From: Fonticula alba ATCC 38817
Lineage: Eukaryota; Protista; Nucleariida
DNA: 64,000 nt
Direction: 5' to 3' (one strand)
Assembly: GCA_000388065.2 (NCBI GenBank)
Contig: KB932201.1
A program made the position numbers and the translations under genes. Shown here in pieces: positions 1 through 12,864 of the stretch; the stretch's first letter is position 1; each line of letters opens with the position of its first letter. Below the pieces are notes generated by a model. It was not told where the DNA came from. It was given only the letters and a program-made list of their open reading frames with translations, and searched no databases.

Positions 1-367
1 GGGGGGATCTGGCGGCGGCGGCGGCGGCAGCGGCGGTGCGCATGGCGGTTGGGGCTGCGCATGCTGCTCTTTTCCACGAGTGCTGCAGGTGGCCCCCCAC
101 CCCCCCCCCCCCTCCCCTGCGCCCATGCACCGAGGCCTCCAGTAGGGCCTGGCCGGGACCAGGCCCCGGAGGGGCGGAGTGGGACCAAGCATCCTTCGCG
201 CTGGTGGTATTTCCGTCAGCGCGGTGAGCACTTCCCCTGACGCCCGGAACAGCGCGCCCCCGCATCCCCCTTCCTCCCCCTCCCTCCCTCTCTCCATATC
301 CACCTTTCCCCCTCTCTTTTTCCCCTCTCTCCCCCCTCCCCCATTCCCCCTCTCCCTCCCCGCCGGA

Positions 368-3300
368 ATGTCTTCCTCCGTCGCTGCGCCCAAGGGCAAG
401 ACCCTCGCCAAGGGCAAGGGTACTTTCGCCAAGGGCAAGACCAACCCCCTTGCTAAGGCGGCTGGCAAGCCTCGCAAGCCCCAGGATACCAAGGACATCT
501 GGGTGTTCAGTGCGTCTTCCCCCGAGCCCGCCCATCTCCCCTTCTTGCCCCTTCTCTCTCTTCCCCTCCCCCCCTCCTTCTCTCTCTCACTCGCAATATT
601 TCTCCCACACTCGGTTCTGATCCCTAACCTTCTCCCTCGGACTTGCTCCATGGCTTTCCCCTGCCCTGACCCGCTTGTGTGTCGCCTCTCCGCGCCCCCC
701 CGCGCGCAGAGACCCAGGAGCGCGAGGATCCCGATGCCAAGAAGCCCGCCGAGCCGGCGGAGATCCTCTCGCGCCAGGAGCGCAAGGAGATCACCCGCCA
801 GCGTCGCCTGGCCCGTGCCAACGGCGAGCTCATCCAGCAGCTCAAGAAGAAGTGGGAGCAGATTCGCATGAAGCACCTGTCGGCCGAGGAGCGTCGGCCC
901 CTGCTCGCCGAGGCCATGGGGCTCATTCGCGATGATTGCGTCTCCGTGCGTGCTCCATGTTAGCATTACTGTCCCCCCCGGGTGGGTGCTCCTCTTGCCC
1001 CTTTCTGACACATCTTTTGTCTTGCCCCCCCCCCCCTCCTCTTGCTCTCCCCCTCCCCCTGCCGCCACTCGCAGCTCGTCCTGAAGCACGATGCCTCGCG
1101 TATTGTGCAGACCTGCGTCAAGTACGGCTCGCGCGCCGAGCGCGACGAGATCTGCTCCCTGCTGAAGGGCAACTTCGTCCTGCTGGCCGCCTCCCCCTAT
1201 GCCTCCAAGCTGATTGACCGGCTGCTGGCCCTGGCGTACGTGGCACCTTCACCCTCCCCCTGCCTCGCCTTTGCCTTCCCCTCGCCATGGATGCGCGCAC
1301 GGGGAGGGTGGTCCTGCCGTTTGGCGGGCTGGCGCTGACCCCGCTTGTCCTCATCAGTCCCTCCTCGCGCCCGGTCATCATCGGCGAGCTCACCGGCCAT
1401 GTCACCAAGATGCTCACCCGTGAGGTGCGTCCCTGTCAACGCCCCTCCCCCTGCCCGCCCACTGCCCGGATTGATCCTCTGTCCCCTTTCAGGTCTCCTC
1501 CTCTCTCGTGCTTCGCCTGTCTGACTCTTTGCCCCCCTCCCCCCCCCTCCCCCCTGGTGCCTCGTTCCATGGATGCGCGGACATTTCACAGCGCCCCGCC
1601 GCCATCGTCGACACCATCTACTCGCTGTATGCCCGTGTTGCCGACAAGAACCAGATGCGCTGCGAGTTCTACGGCCGCGAGTTCGCCCTCTTCAAGTCCG
1701 ACACGCCCAAGTCGCTGGCCGACATCCTGGCCGAGGTGCCGCAGAAGCGCGAGGCCATCCTCAAGTCGCTGCGCACCAACATCACGCGCATCCTCAACAA
1801 GAACACCTGTCGCTTCGAGATTGTCCACGATGCGGCGCACTCGCTGCTCTTCGAGCTGGAGCCGGCCCAGCGCCTGGAGTTCATGGAGGAGCTCCAGGAC
1901 CAGATCCCCAACTTCGTGCACACCCCCAAGGGCGCGGAGATTTGCATGGAGATCATTGCCGCCGCCACGGCCGCCGTGCGTGTGCCCCCTTCCAGTCTCG
2001 TTGGCTCTTTTTTTTTCCCCCCAGCTGCCCTTCGCCTTGTGGCTTGGCTCTCACCGCCCTCCTCCCTCCCTCTTCCCATCCCCTCGCCTCGTCCTTCCTC
2101 TGGCTGGCCTGCTTTTGCTTGCGTTCCTCTCACTTTTCCCGGGGCCACGCCATCCTGCAGAAGCGCAAGGCGATCATCCGCTCCTTCAAGGACTTCGTCT
2201 ATGGCATTGCCGAGAACCGCTATGGCTGGATGGTCCTTGTCCGCCTGCTGGAGAGTGTCGATGACACCAAGCTCCTGAACACCGGTATCCTGAACGTGCG
2301 CCTATACAGCCCCCCCCTCCCCCCCCCCCCCCCCCCCCCTCTCCCCGTTAAATATGCCCATCTCCTTCTCCTCCCCTGCCGCTTCCCCCTGGTGGGTGTC
2401 TTGTCATGGCCGCTCCCATTCACCGTCCTTCCCCTGTGCCGCCCTCCTGCAGGAGCTCCTCAAGGACCCGAAGAATGTTCTCTGCCACAGCTACGCGCGC
2501 CGGCCGATCCTCGGTCTTCTGCGCAAGCGTCCGGCCCGTTACTTCGACACGCGTGTCATCAAGCTCCTGGAGCAGACTGATGTCACGTCGGCGGTCACTT
2601 CCAAGAAGGACTTCGACCGGCGCCAGGGCGAGCTCCGCGCCATGGTGTCCCCGGTGTTGGTGTCCTTCGCGGCGGAGAATGCCAGCATCCTGCTGCGCAG
2701 TACCTTCGGGTCGGAGGTTTTCGCGGAGATCATCCTGCACGCGGACAACCCCGGGCCCGTGGTCGAGCAGCTGGTGGCCCTGATCCGCGCGCAGCCGGTC
2801 GCCCCGGCGGCCGACGCCAGCCCCATCGAGCTGCAGCAGCATCTGATGTCCAGTCCGCTGGTCACTCGCACCCTCAAGCGCATCATCAATGAGGAGGCCA
2901 CCGCCGAGGGCGAGGCGCACCTGTCGGCCCCGCTGCTGGATGCGGTGAAGGACCGGATGGTGGAGTACGCCGACACCGTGGGGTCCTTCGTGGTGCTGGC
3001 TCTGCTGGAGTCGCCGGTGACGGCGGAGGCCGCGCATGCGGCTCTCAAGCCGCACTTGGCCGCGGTGGAGGCCCTCGAGTCGAAGGGCGCTCCGCTGATT
3101 GCCTCGCGCCTGAAGCAGGGCCCGAGCAAGCTGACCGAGCGCGTGGGCCAGGAGACCACCGAGGCCGCTGCCGAGGGCACCGCCCGGTCGCAGCTGCTGA
3201 AGCGCCGCAAGCGTGATCTGCTGAGCATCCCCGACTCCACCATCGGTGAGCTGAAGTACCGGGCCCTGCTGAAGGGCGACGCCGATGCGGCCGAGGCGGC

Positions 3301-3886
3301 CACCGCGCTGCTGAAGCAGACTGCCAAGGATGCCACCACCCCGGCCGATGCCGAGGCCGCGGAGGAGGAGGATGCCGAAGACGTTGAGATGGCTTCTGGC
3401 GACGACGACGACGACGACAGCGATGATGATGACGGTGACGACGACGACGACGATGGCAACGATGACGATGACGACGATGAGGAGGATGCCGACAGCGACG
3501 AGAATGACGATGAGGAGGATGAGGATCTCCCCACCGCCGAGGACACCACCCCCCGGAAGAAGATCCGCCTCCCCCGGCCGTCGACCCCCCGGTCGTCCAT
3601 CCGCCGTGGTACGGTCATCCCCGCGCCCCTTGATGACGACGCCACGCCGATCAACCTGGACGAGTTTGTCACCCCGATGAGCGCCCCGCCGCGGTCCTTC
3701 CAGCTGGCTGGTGTCGAGTCGCGCAATGCCTCCCCGGTGCCCAAGAAGAAGGCCAGCCTTCAGTCGCATCAGCTGGCCGATGCCCCGGCTCGGGGCCGGT
3801 TTGCTGGTGGTGACGTCGAGCCCAAGACCCTCTTTGCCGATGCCAGCGAGGTGAAGGCCGCCAAGACCCGCGCCAAGCGGAAGTGA
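368..3886 (+). CDS. PUF6: Pumilio-family nucleolar RNA-binding protein Puf6/PUM3 (Puf-A type), 7 exons
   Basis: Exons joined in frame at GT-AG introns: 368-509, 710-945, 1075-1235, 1358-1424, 1592-1975, 2161-2295, 2453-3886. Features are a Lys-rich N-terminus, PUM-like repeats (LVLKHDASRIVQTCVKYGS, FVHTPKGAEICM, IAENRYGWMVLVRLLESVDDTKLL), a CPL-type region (TSKKDFDRRQGEL) and an acidic D/E tail. Family assigned by motif recognition. Confidence 0.85.
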
Positions 3887-5256
3887 GCGCGCATCCCCCC
3901 CCCCCCCCCCCTCTCTGCTCCTCGCTCTTCCCCTTCCCTCTCCTCCTCCCCTGGTGGCAGAGGGAGGCCGGGCTGCTGAAGGACAGGACCGGGCCGGGGT
4001 GGTGGCAGTGTCACTGGTGTCTGCCGCCACTCTCGGATGTTCTCGCGGTCTTCCCTCGGGGCTTGCCCTTTCCCTTGGCCTCTTTCTTTCGCGCCAACTC
4101 GCATGCTCATGCCTCTCCCCCGCTCTTTGCGCCGAAGGAATGGCAAAACCAGCTGTGGTGGTGGCGAAACTTGGCCTCCAGGGGACAGGCGCGCCTCGTG
4201 AGGCCGATCCGGGAGGAGGGAAGGGCATGCGGGCGCGCGAGAGAAAGGGAGAGAGAGAGAGAGAGAAAGAAAGAAAGAAAGAAAACAGTCCCCCGGGCGA
4301 TGCAGAGGCGCTCCATGCTCGGCACTGCTGCAGCCCCTTCCTTTTCCTTCGGGCACCTGTCCTCCCCCTCTCTCCGCCTCTGCCGCCCAGTCGCCTTGCT
4401 TTTGGCGCGTGCGCTCATGTGTGTGTGCGTGCCTGTGCCTGTGCCTGCGCTCGTGCCACCACTGTCGCCATGTCCTTCCCCTCCCCTCGTCCGATCTCTC
4501 CCTCCCTCTCTCTCCCTCCCTCTCTCTCTCTCTCTCTCTCCCTCTCTCCCTCTCTCCCTCTCTCCCCCTCTCCCTCTCTCCCCCTCCTCCCCCTCCCCCT
4601 GCGGCCTCCTTTCTGTACACTCACGCGCCCACTTACACGCGTCTGTTTCCTTCCCCCCCCCCCCTCCACCTCTTCCCCTGCAGCTAAGTAATCGCTTCCC
4701 AATTGAATGCGCGTGTCCCGCGGGGAACTCCGCGTGAGGCGAACTGACGTTGGCATCGATGCCATCATGTCGACTCTTGCGCTGCGGTTGCTGTTGCTGT
4801 TACTTTTCTGCTGCTACCCTTCCCACCCTTCCTTCCCCCTCCTCCCCCCACCCAGACCAGCCTGGGCTAGAGTTGGGTGCTTGTGCAAGCAGGCGCCCTG
4901 TTTTCCTCCTCCCGTGCGCATGTGCACGCTTCCCTCTCTCCCTCTCTCTCTCTCCTCCTCCTTCACACCATCCCCCTGCATCCCTCTTCTTCTGTCTCTT
5001 CCCCCCCCCCTCTCTCTCCCATGTATATGCGCAGTCACTGTCCTTGTAGCCTTTTCCCCCACTCTGTCCCCCGGGCACTTGCCCCGCTCGGAGGGCGCAC
5101 ACGCTCGCATTGCCAATATAATACCCAACACACGCACACAGCCACACGCATGCACATACATATTCAGACATACACCAATGCGAACGTGCACCTGTTCTTG
5201 CGCATGCGCCAGCGGCCGGCGCCCGTGCCCCTTTTTTTCACATGAACATGCTCATG

Positions 5257-7041
5257 CTACTCAGGCTGCTGGACTGGTGACCCGTCAGGACTGTTCCTGC
5301 TGCTGCTGTTGTTGCTGCTGCTGCTGATGGGTCGTTCCAGGCGGACATGGTTGCCAGGGAACACCCCTTCGGCTCGGGCCCCCGGCACCAGGCTCGGAGA
5401 CCCGGGCAGGAGGTGTCCTCGCCACCAGGCGGAATGCTGTCCAGCTGGCGTCCTCCGGGACACCACGGCCAGGCGATCTCCAGGCTGGAGCGAGAGTTCG
5501 GCATCTGGTCACGACCAATGGGGGACGGAGAGGGAGGGAGGGAGGGAGAGGGCAGTAGAGAACAGAGCCGATTGCCATGTCAGTGGATTGGCCGCCAGCC
5601 AAAACGGCCCTTCCTGGATCACAGAGAGAGAGAGAGAGAGAGGGAAGGGAAGTTGGCTGAAGAGGCGTATGCGCAGGCACGCGGGTGTGTGTACGCACCA
5701 CTGCCAGCGGTGAAGGAAAAAAGGGCCACAGCCACCTCTTCGGCCGGCCCGACCGGGGCTGTGGCACTGGAATCCCCGGCCGGCGGCCCGGCCAGCCGGG
5801 CGGCCTGTTGCCGGCGGAGCTCCTCCATGTGCTCGCGCGTTTGGCGGATGATTTGTGCCACGAAGTACGTGATCCCCACGGCCAGAGCAATGAGTATCCC
5901 CCGGGATAAACGGGCATCCGCCGAAGAGCTGGTCGAGGAGTCGGCCGAGGAGTCGGTCCCGGCGAACAGTCGCGCCGCATCCCGCGGCAGGACATCCCCA
6001 CCGGGCCAGGCGTCGGCGGCAAGGGCGGCTGGCACTTCGATCCCGGCCAGGCGCAAAAGCTGGCGCCGGACCCACCGGCCGGCCGCCAGCAGCGAGGTAA
6101 ACTGCGACACCAGGAAGGTGCTGGCCAGGCCGAACTGGGCAGCCAGCTGGACAGCCGCTCCGAAGGATGTGTGCAGGGCATGCACCGATGAGTCCAGGAG
6201 CTGGGCCAGGCCGCATGCCGCCCGGACAACAGACTCCAGCCTCGAGAGGGTTGGCGCGCCGGCCGAGTACATCGAGTGTGCCAGGCGCATCGGGTCCAGC
6301 GGGTCGCCGGGCTTGCCCGGCGCCAGGGCCGCCGTTCCCGAGCCATATCCATACTGCCCGAGTCCCGAGGCGCCGAGGCCAAAGCGCCCGGCGCCCAAGG
6401 CGCCATATGCACTGGCACCGGTGCCGTTGAACCCGCCCGATGAGTAGCCCGGGTAGGGGAAGCCCCCGGCTCCGGCTCCGGCCCCGTAGTAGCCAACCCC
6501 GCCGCCGGCATGGTAGCCATATGCCGCCGGTCCGTAGGCCGAGCTGGGCCCGCCGTACGGACCTGCGAGCCGGGGGTCATAGGTGGGCGCGCCGTACTCA
6601 TTGATCGAGGTCGGGCCGTGGTCTTGGGATTTGGCGAAGGAGGAGGGGGAGGGGGAGGGGGAGGGGGCGCGGCCGGGGTCAGGTCACCAGCGGCTTGGGA
6701 TAGGAGCGCGAGGTGGATGACGCACGTTGGGCAGCCACTGGCCGAGGTGGCACTACCGGGCGTGTGGGCTCGGTGGTCTTCGGTGCGAGGTTCGCCCCGC
6801 CCGCGGCCACTGGCGCTGGGTACGACGCATGGCCGTCGGCCGGCTGAGAGTTCTGGATACCCTGGCGCACAACGGCGTCTGCCGGCCGAGCGAGAGGGAG
6901 CCGCAAAGAAGAGATGGCCGAAGATGCGCAGGGAAGACGTCGAGGGGAAGAGGGGTGTCAGCGCGCGAGCATGCCGGGAGGGGGGAGGGGGGGAGGGACA
7001 GGCCCGCAGCACAGATCGGTCGCACCAAGCTCCAGCGACAT
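5257..7041 (-). CDS. PEX13: Peroxisomal docking protein Pex13, about 4 exons
   Basis: The N-terminus is Pro-rich then YG-rich (PVVPPRP; AYGYHAGGGVGYYGAG). It is followed by the Peroxin-13 N domain (RLESVVRAACGLAQLLDSSVHALHTSF), a TM segment (GILIALAVGITYFVAQII) and a C-terminal SH3 split by intron 5698-5505 (AVALFSFTAGS|DAELSLQPGDRLAVV...WWRG...GVFPGNHV). The start at 7041 is inferred from phase-compatible splicing and is less certain. Confidence 0.85.
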
Positions 7042-8241
7042 GGTGACGCTGGACAGGAGACGAGGGAGGGTGGTAGGAGGTAAGTGGGGACCGACAGGGG
7101 GACGGCCGGAAGTGTATTTGGCTGGGAGGGGAGGGGGAGGGGGGGGGGGGGTTACTGCGATTGAATGGCTCTCCCCGAAGACGGTTCCGGCTCGGGCACA
7201 CAAGAGGGCATTTGAATCTCGAGATCTCAGGTCGCCGAGGAGGCTCCGGGGCCGGGGCGCACAACAGGCGCATGAAAATGCTCCCCCCCCCCCCCCCCCC
7301 TATGGGTCACGGGCGCATCCCCTCCCGGGCGAGCATGAGAAAGCTCCTGACCGGGGGCCGGGACGATGGTTGCCCCGGGCCCCCGAGAGAGGGACAGAGA
7401 GAAAGAGGCAGACGGGGGCCTGCCGACACGGCGTTCGCCGCCGCCGCCGCCGCCGGGCCGAAAGTGGCCGCGGGACAAGGCCGATTGGCCGACCACCGGG
7501 CCGTCCTGCGAGACCGGCCACAAAGAGCCGATCTCCCCCCTGCGCGCCCCTGCCGCGGCGGAGGCCAGCCAATGGCCGGTGACAGATCGTCCTACAGTGC
7601 CAACGGACGATCGACGTCTGGCCAGACCCCACTGCTGGTGCCTTTCTCTCCCCCCCCCCCCCCCTGGGTACTCCCCCAGATCCCGCGCCAATGGTGGGTG
7701 CACTGATCGGCGCACTGGCAGCCGCAAGTCAGGCAGCGGCAGCCCAAGACCTGGCTGCTGGGTCTTACATCGGCATTTATCTGTCGGGGGCCGCCTCGTT
7801 TCTGGGCCCCCCAAACCCCCCCCCCCCCCCCGTCCGTGTCTGTGACCGGGGGCGGAACGTGGCGGGGGCCGTGCATGCGCGCCCGCCAGGAAATACTTGC
7901 TGTGACCCCCTGGGGTCTGACAGCCCTGCCTGCGCACGCGGCACAGGCAGGCACAAGGGGATGCAGGGAGAACAACAGCCACAGAGGAGGGGGTGCACAC
8001 ACGGAGGGTTTTCTTTTGGTATTTTTCGGCCGCAGCACCGGCGCCGGCGACGGAAACACGAGGGAAACAGGGAAGTAGGTCGAACATGGGGAAAGGCGTC
8101 GAGCGGCGCGCGCGGGAGCAAAGGGGGCCCCCATCGAGCAGCTGACTGGAAGAAGGACAGAAGGGGTGGGGAAAGTGGGGGTCACGGGGCCCGAGCGCGC
8201 CGGGGGGCCCCCGAGCCTCTGGGAGGCGGGGAGGGGGAGGG

Positions 8242-8242
<1 letters not shown>

Positions 8243-8288
<46 letters not shown>
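8243..8288. repeat. Poly-G homopolymer (about 46 nt)
   Basis: Read directly from the sequence. Confidence 0.9.
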
Positions 8289-8289
<1 letters not shown>

Positions 8290-8456
8290 ATAGCAGAGGA
8301 AGAAGAAAGAGGCCAGGACGCACCATGGTGCATCCTCTCAACTCTCGGCTGTCTTGCTTACCGCCCCCCCCCCCCCTTCCCAACCCCCCTCCTCCCGGTG
8401 CTGCGAGCAAGCACACAGAAACACGTACGCATCGTCACCACTCGCCCCTCTCGCCC

Positions 8457-11400
8457 TTAATCCGAATCAGAGTGGTCACCGTGGCTGTGACCGTGGCCGC
8501 CATGGCTGTGACCGTGGCCGCCGTGGCTGTGGCTGTGACCATGGTCATCACCGCCATGGCTGTGGCCGTGGTCGCCGTGGTTGTGGTTGCAGCCCTGATG
8601 GGCCTCCTCGGCCTCCATCTGGGCGCGGTGCTCCTCCTCGATCTCGGCCTGGGGCTTGCGCGAACGAGGAAGGACCGGGATCTGCATCGGGTGGGGGCAG
8701 GCGAGGCGCAGAGGCGGAGGAGCACACGAGAGAACGTGGCCCGGGGGAAAGGCGAGGAGTCAAGAGAGGCGGCGGGTTAGTCAGCGAGCAGGGGATGGGG
8801 CGGGGTGGGGTGAGGTGGGGGGGGGGGTCGCATGGAGAAGAAGGACAATGTCCAAGCGAGGCGCAGGGATATTGACGAAGCAACGCACGCAGAAGAACTC
8901 CCCGATGTCGGTGCCAAGGAAGATGCTGGACAGAGCGTTCAGACGCAGGCGGGTGTAGGAAACACTGTCGTCGCGGGGATCCGGCATCTGCAGGGTCAGC
9001 TGATACTGGAGGATCTTGTTGCCATCCTCGTCCTGGAGAGGGATCCGCCATCGCCGAAGGGGTGGGGGGGGAGGGGGAATGGAGGGAGATGCCAAGCACG
9101 AGGGAAAAAGACAAGGGAGAGGCACATATGGTGGTCAAGTCAGCATAGGTCAGAGTCAATGTGCGCAGCCACGCGCAGACGACAGAAGTCGTGCAACAGG
9201 GAGAGAGAGAGAGAGAGAGAGAGGGACAGAGGGGGGAGGGATGCCGGGTGGGCGACGCACGATGTAGCAGCGGCCGAGCATCTGGTAGTTCATGGCCGTC
9301 ATGTTCGGGTAGAGGAGGAACACATGCCAGAAGGCGGTGGCCTCGCCGGCCTCCAGCAGCTTGCGGCCAAGCTCATCGGCGGGAACATTGGCCGGCAGGA
9401 CCTCGGCCGGCAGGCGAGTGTTCTGCACGACAATGGTCTCGCTCGGGGCCGACTGGTCCAGGGGGTTGGCGATGAAGGGGGCCGGCCGGTCGGCCGGCAC
9501 CGGGTCGTCCTCACGCTGCAGCGAGTTCAGCTTGGCGCGGATCTCATTGTTCGGCATGTTGTCATACGGCGAGGGACCCGGGCCGGGCTTGCGGTTGGGC
9601 TTGCGCAGCAGGTCCTCGAGGGTCTTAATGAGGGCATGGTCGGCGAAGCCGCGGCCCTGCTCGTCGGAGGTGGGCAGGCGCCCAAGGCGGAAGTTGTCGC
9701 GGCGCTTCTCGGCGATGCGGTTCTCGGTGTCGATCATCTCCTGGGTGGCGAAGCCATGGACAACCTTGAACTGGACGTACAGCATGACAGAGTCGCCGCC
9801 ATACACGGCGTCCTCTGTGTGTGTGTGTGTGTGTGTGCGTGTGTGCACGCGAAGAAAGAGGCGTGCGAGCGTTTGTACATGTGTTAACAAAGGGCACATT
9901 CAGCCTCGGAAAGGGAGACAGCCAAAGGGAGACGAGCAAAAGGCAAGCGAGGGCCGCATGGAAACGCGGCCCCCTGCGAGACGCACTGTTCACAAAGAGA
10001 CGGTGACGCTGGAGCCAGGGGATCTTGGCCGCGGCGGCGTGGATGTCAGCGATCTCCTCCTCACTGAAGAAGGACTTGAGGAAGGGCTCCAGCTCGCGCG
10101 GAGGGGTCATCAGCAGCTGGCGAATGGTGACATTGTTCACCTGCAGCTGGCCGCCAGCACTCATGGAGGTCAGCTTCTGCAGGACCTTATCCAGCATGCG
10201 CGGCGTGAAATGCGGCAGCTGCAGGAAGGACGACGGCGCAAAGAGCGACGGCGGGAAGTACAGCGACTGCGCCACCATCTGGCCCACCTCCACGGCATAC
10301 GACGCCAGCAGGTACAGCGGGATCAGGGGGAAGTCCTTCTCCGTCAGGATGACCTTCTGCCCGGAGTCGGTGGTGAACACCTGCCGGTCCTTGGGCAGGG
10401 GGTTCTCGGACAGGAACTTGCGGATCTGCGCATCGAAGTCGCGCTCGAACGAGACAAACGACGCGATCAGCGGGATCTGACGGAGGACCGTGCGGGCCAC
10501 GATGGAGCGCTCTGCGGGGTGACATGGTCAGGCGAGAGCCCGAAGGGCAAGGGGGGGACCGGGGCGAAGAAATGCACAGAGGTCAGCCGCTTGGGGGCGA
10601 AGGAGCGAGAGCAGGGGGGGGGGGGGGGGGGGGGCCAGCTCATGCGGGAAAACGTACCCTTCTCATACTCAGGGGGGAGATCCGAACGAGTGAGCTGGGC
10701 ATACAGCAGGAAGGAGGACTTGCGCAGCTTCGGGACCAGGGTCTACGTATGGATTTATGGATATGTATAATGGGGGGGAGGGCAGATCGTTAGACACACA
10801 CCGGGGAGAAGGAGTGTCGGGGACGAGGGGGCAAAGGCAGGCTTCCTGGCTGAGCGGCGAAGGGCGCACCTTCTCCGGGATCGGGTAGTTCTTCACATGC
10901 TTCTCCATGATGGAGAGGAACGCGTCATCGGTAGGCAGGCTCTCCAGCGAGGTGGTGAAGGCCGGGGACTTGGTGAGGATGTCGAAGGCAGCTGATGTGG
11001 AAGGGGCGACCAAGCAAGAGAGTGAGCGCATGCCGGGGGAGACGGGAGTCAGTCGGCGCCCATCGACCTGGAAGGCAGGCAAGCAGGAAGGACAGGCAAA
11101 TGCACGGGGCCAGGACGGGGCTGAGGAGGCAGGAGAACAACAGCAGCGAGGGGGCGCAGGGCAGGGAGGCCGGCGTACCAAGATGGTTCAGAGGGAACAT
11201 GGCGCCCTTGCGCAGGGAGGGGCACACGATCTCGCTCCAGTAGTAGCTGACAAAGAAGCGGCCAATGTCACCGGGACTGTTGAAAGTGGCCTCGGGCTTC
11301 TCCTTGCGGGTCTTGGAGAAGCTCTTCCACGCGCGCGACACCAGGTAGCAGATGCCCATCAGGGCCAGCATGTAGACACCCAGCAGGACATACGACTGCG

Positions 11401-12587
11401 ACATCCACTGGGGAAGGGCAATGCCGGCAAAGGCATCTGAATGAGAGGAGGGAGGGGAATGTGAGCGACCGGGATCTTGGTGGCCTGGAGTCATGCAAGG
11501 GAGCCGGAAAGCAGAGAGGGGGAAGGTGGGGGGGGGGGAGGGAGGGGCGGGGGATCACGCACCGCGGTTCTCAGTATCACCATGAAGCTCGAACTCCTCG
11601 CGGGCCTTCGGGTCCGACAGACTGCGAGCCCGTGGTGGCACAGGCCGACACAGGACGGAGCAGGATCGGGAACGCTGGTCAGCATGGGCGAGGGGGCGCC
11701 AGGGGACATCGAACGGGCCACACAGCGTACATCTTGTAGGCCTTGCTAATCTGCATGAAGGTCTCGTTGGCAGCCTCGGGGTCGGTGCCGTTGTACTTAT
11801 CGGGATGCCTGTAACCGGGCGCAGGGAGTCAGAATCAGGGTCATGCACCGCTGGGGGACATGTTTGGGTGGGGGCACGGCAACGGTAGGGCAAGGAGGGA
11901 TCCGATCAAGTGGCGGTATTGGAAACACACCAGATGAGGGTGAGCTGGCGGTTGGCCTTCTTAATCTCACTGATAGTGGACTCCGGAGTGACACCGAGGA
12001 TGGCGAAGGGGTCAAACCCGCCGTGGGTCTCGGCGATGTCCAGGCGCTTGATGCGGATGCACATGATGATGAAGATGGTCAAGAAGAAGAAGTAGAGGAA
12101 ATTGCTGTGGGTGTGCAAGTGCACCCGGCGGCTGTGTCAGTCCCATGGGTGGCAGGCGGGGGGAGGCCGGGGGCCGCGAATGGGTGTGCGCATGCACATG
12201 TGCAGTGGCAGTGACAGCTGTGTGTGTGGGGGGGGGGGAGGAGCATATACGCACAGGACATGGTCGAAGGTGGTGTTGACGCGATTGCGCTCGGCCTCGA
12301 GCTTCTGCATGCCGGCTTCGTCGAGCTTGCCGGCTGGTTATGGGTGGAGGGAGCCAGACGAGAGCACAGATGCACGTGTGTATGTGTGTGTGTGAGAGAG
12401 AGAGAGAGAGGGCGGTAAGTGGGGACCGACAGCCGGGGCAGCGACCCAGAGCAAGGGCAAACGCACGCCAGTTGAGGCGGATGAACTTCCGAATGCGGAT
12501 GATCGTAATGGGCACGATGAAGAGGCCGGTCATCGTGCAGGCAAACACGAGGAAGGCCGTGCCCGACTCGTCATACTGGTACTTCAT
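8457..12587 (-). CDS. SEC63: ER translocon J-domain protein Sec63, multi-exon
   Basis: Starts MKYQYDESGTAFLVFACTM (the conserved Sec63 N-terminus). It has TM segments and a J-domain FDPFAILGV...LTLIW|HPDKY...FMQISKAYK with intact HPD across an intron. These are followed by GIALPQW, a Sec63/Brl region and a His-rich last exon 8681-8457. Confidence 0.9.
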
Positions 12588-12864
12588 GATGCCGAGGGGG
12601 GGAGGGCCAAGGGGGCGCGGCTCCTTGGGGGCGAGATGGCTAGACGGGCGGGGAGGACGCGGAGGGCATGACAGCCGCACAGGACGAGCGGTGAGCAAGA
12701 GAAGCGAAGGGCGACAAAGGCGGTGGGAGGAGGAGCGCACAAGGTCCCGCCTGCTCAGTGGCGACCCGCGGGAGGGGGAGGGGGGTGGACCCGAGACGCT
12801 CGAGGCGAACTGCCCGCCTGGATTCTATGCGGAAGAGGAGGGGCCGGAGGAGCGGCGGTGGCGG

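Noticed and set aside
3883-3960. Possible GTGAGC intron through the PUF6 stop codon extending the CDS
   Set aside because: The +4 A donor does not fit the local consensus, splicing to 3961 adds only a few residues before a stop, and KTRAKRK* is a plausible end. It is not formally excluded.
2420-4228. 602-aa and other long antisense ORFs (also 5285-7273, 9337-10770, 17665-20214, 62621-63736)
   Set aside because: These are shadow frames of real genes in GC-rich DNA with few stop codons, and they have no independent motifs.
7691-8293. ORF MVGALIGALAAASQ... between PEX13 and SEC63
   Set aside because: It runs into C/G homopolymers and low-complexity sequence, with no splice support or domain.
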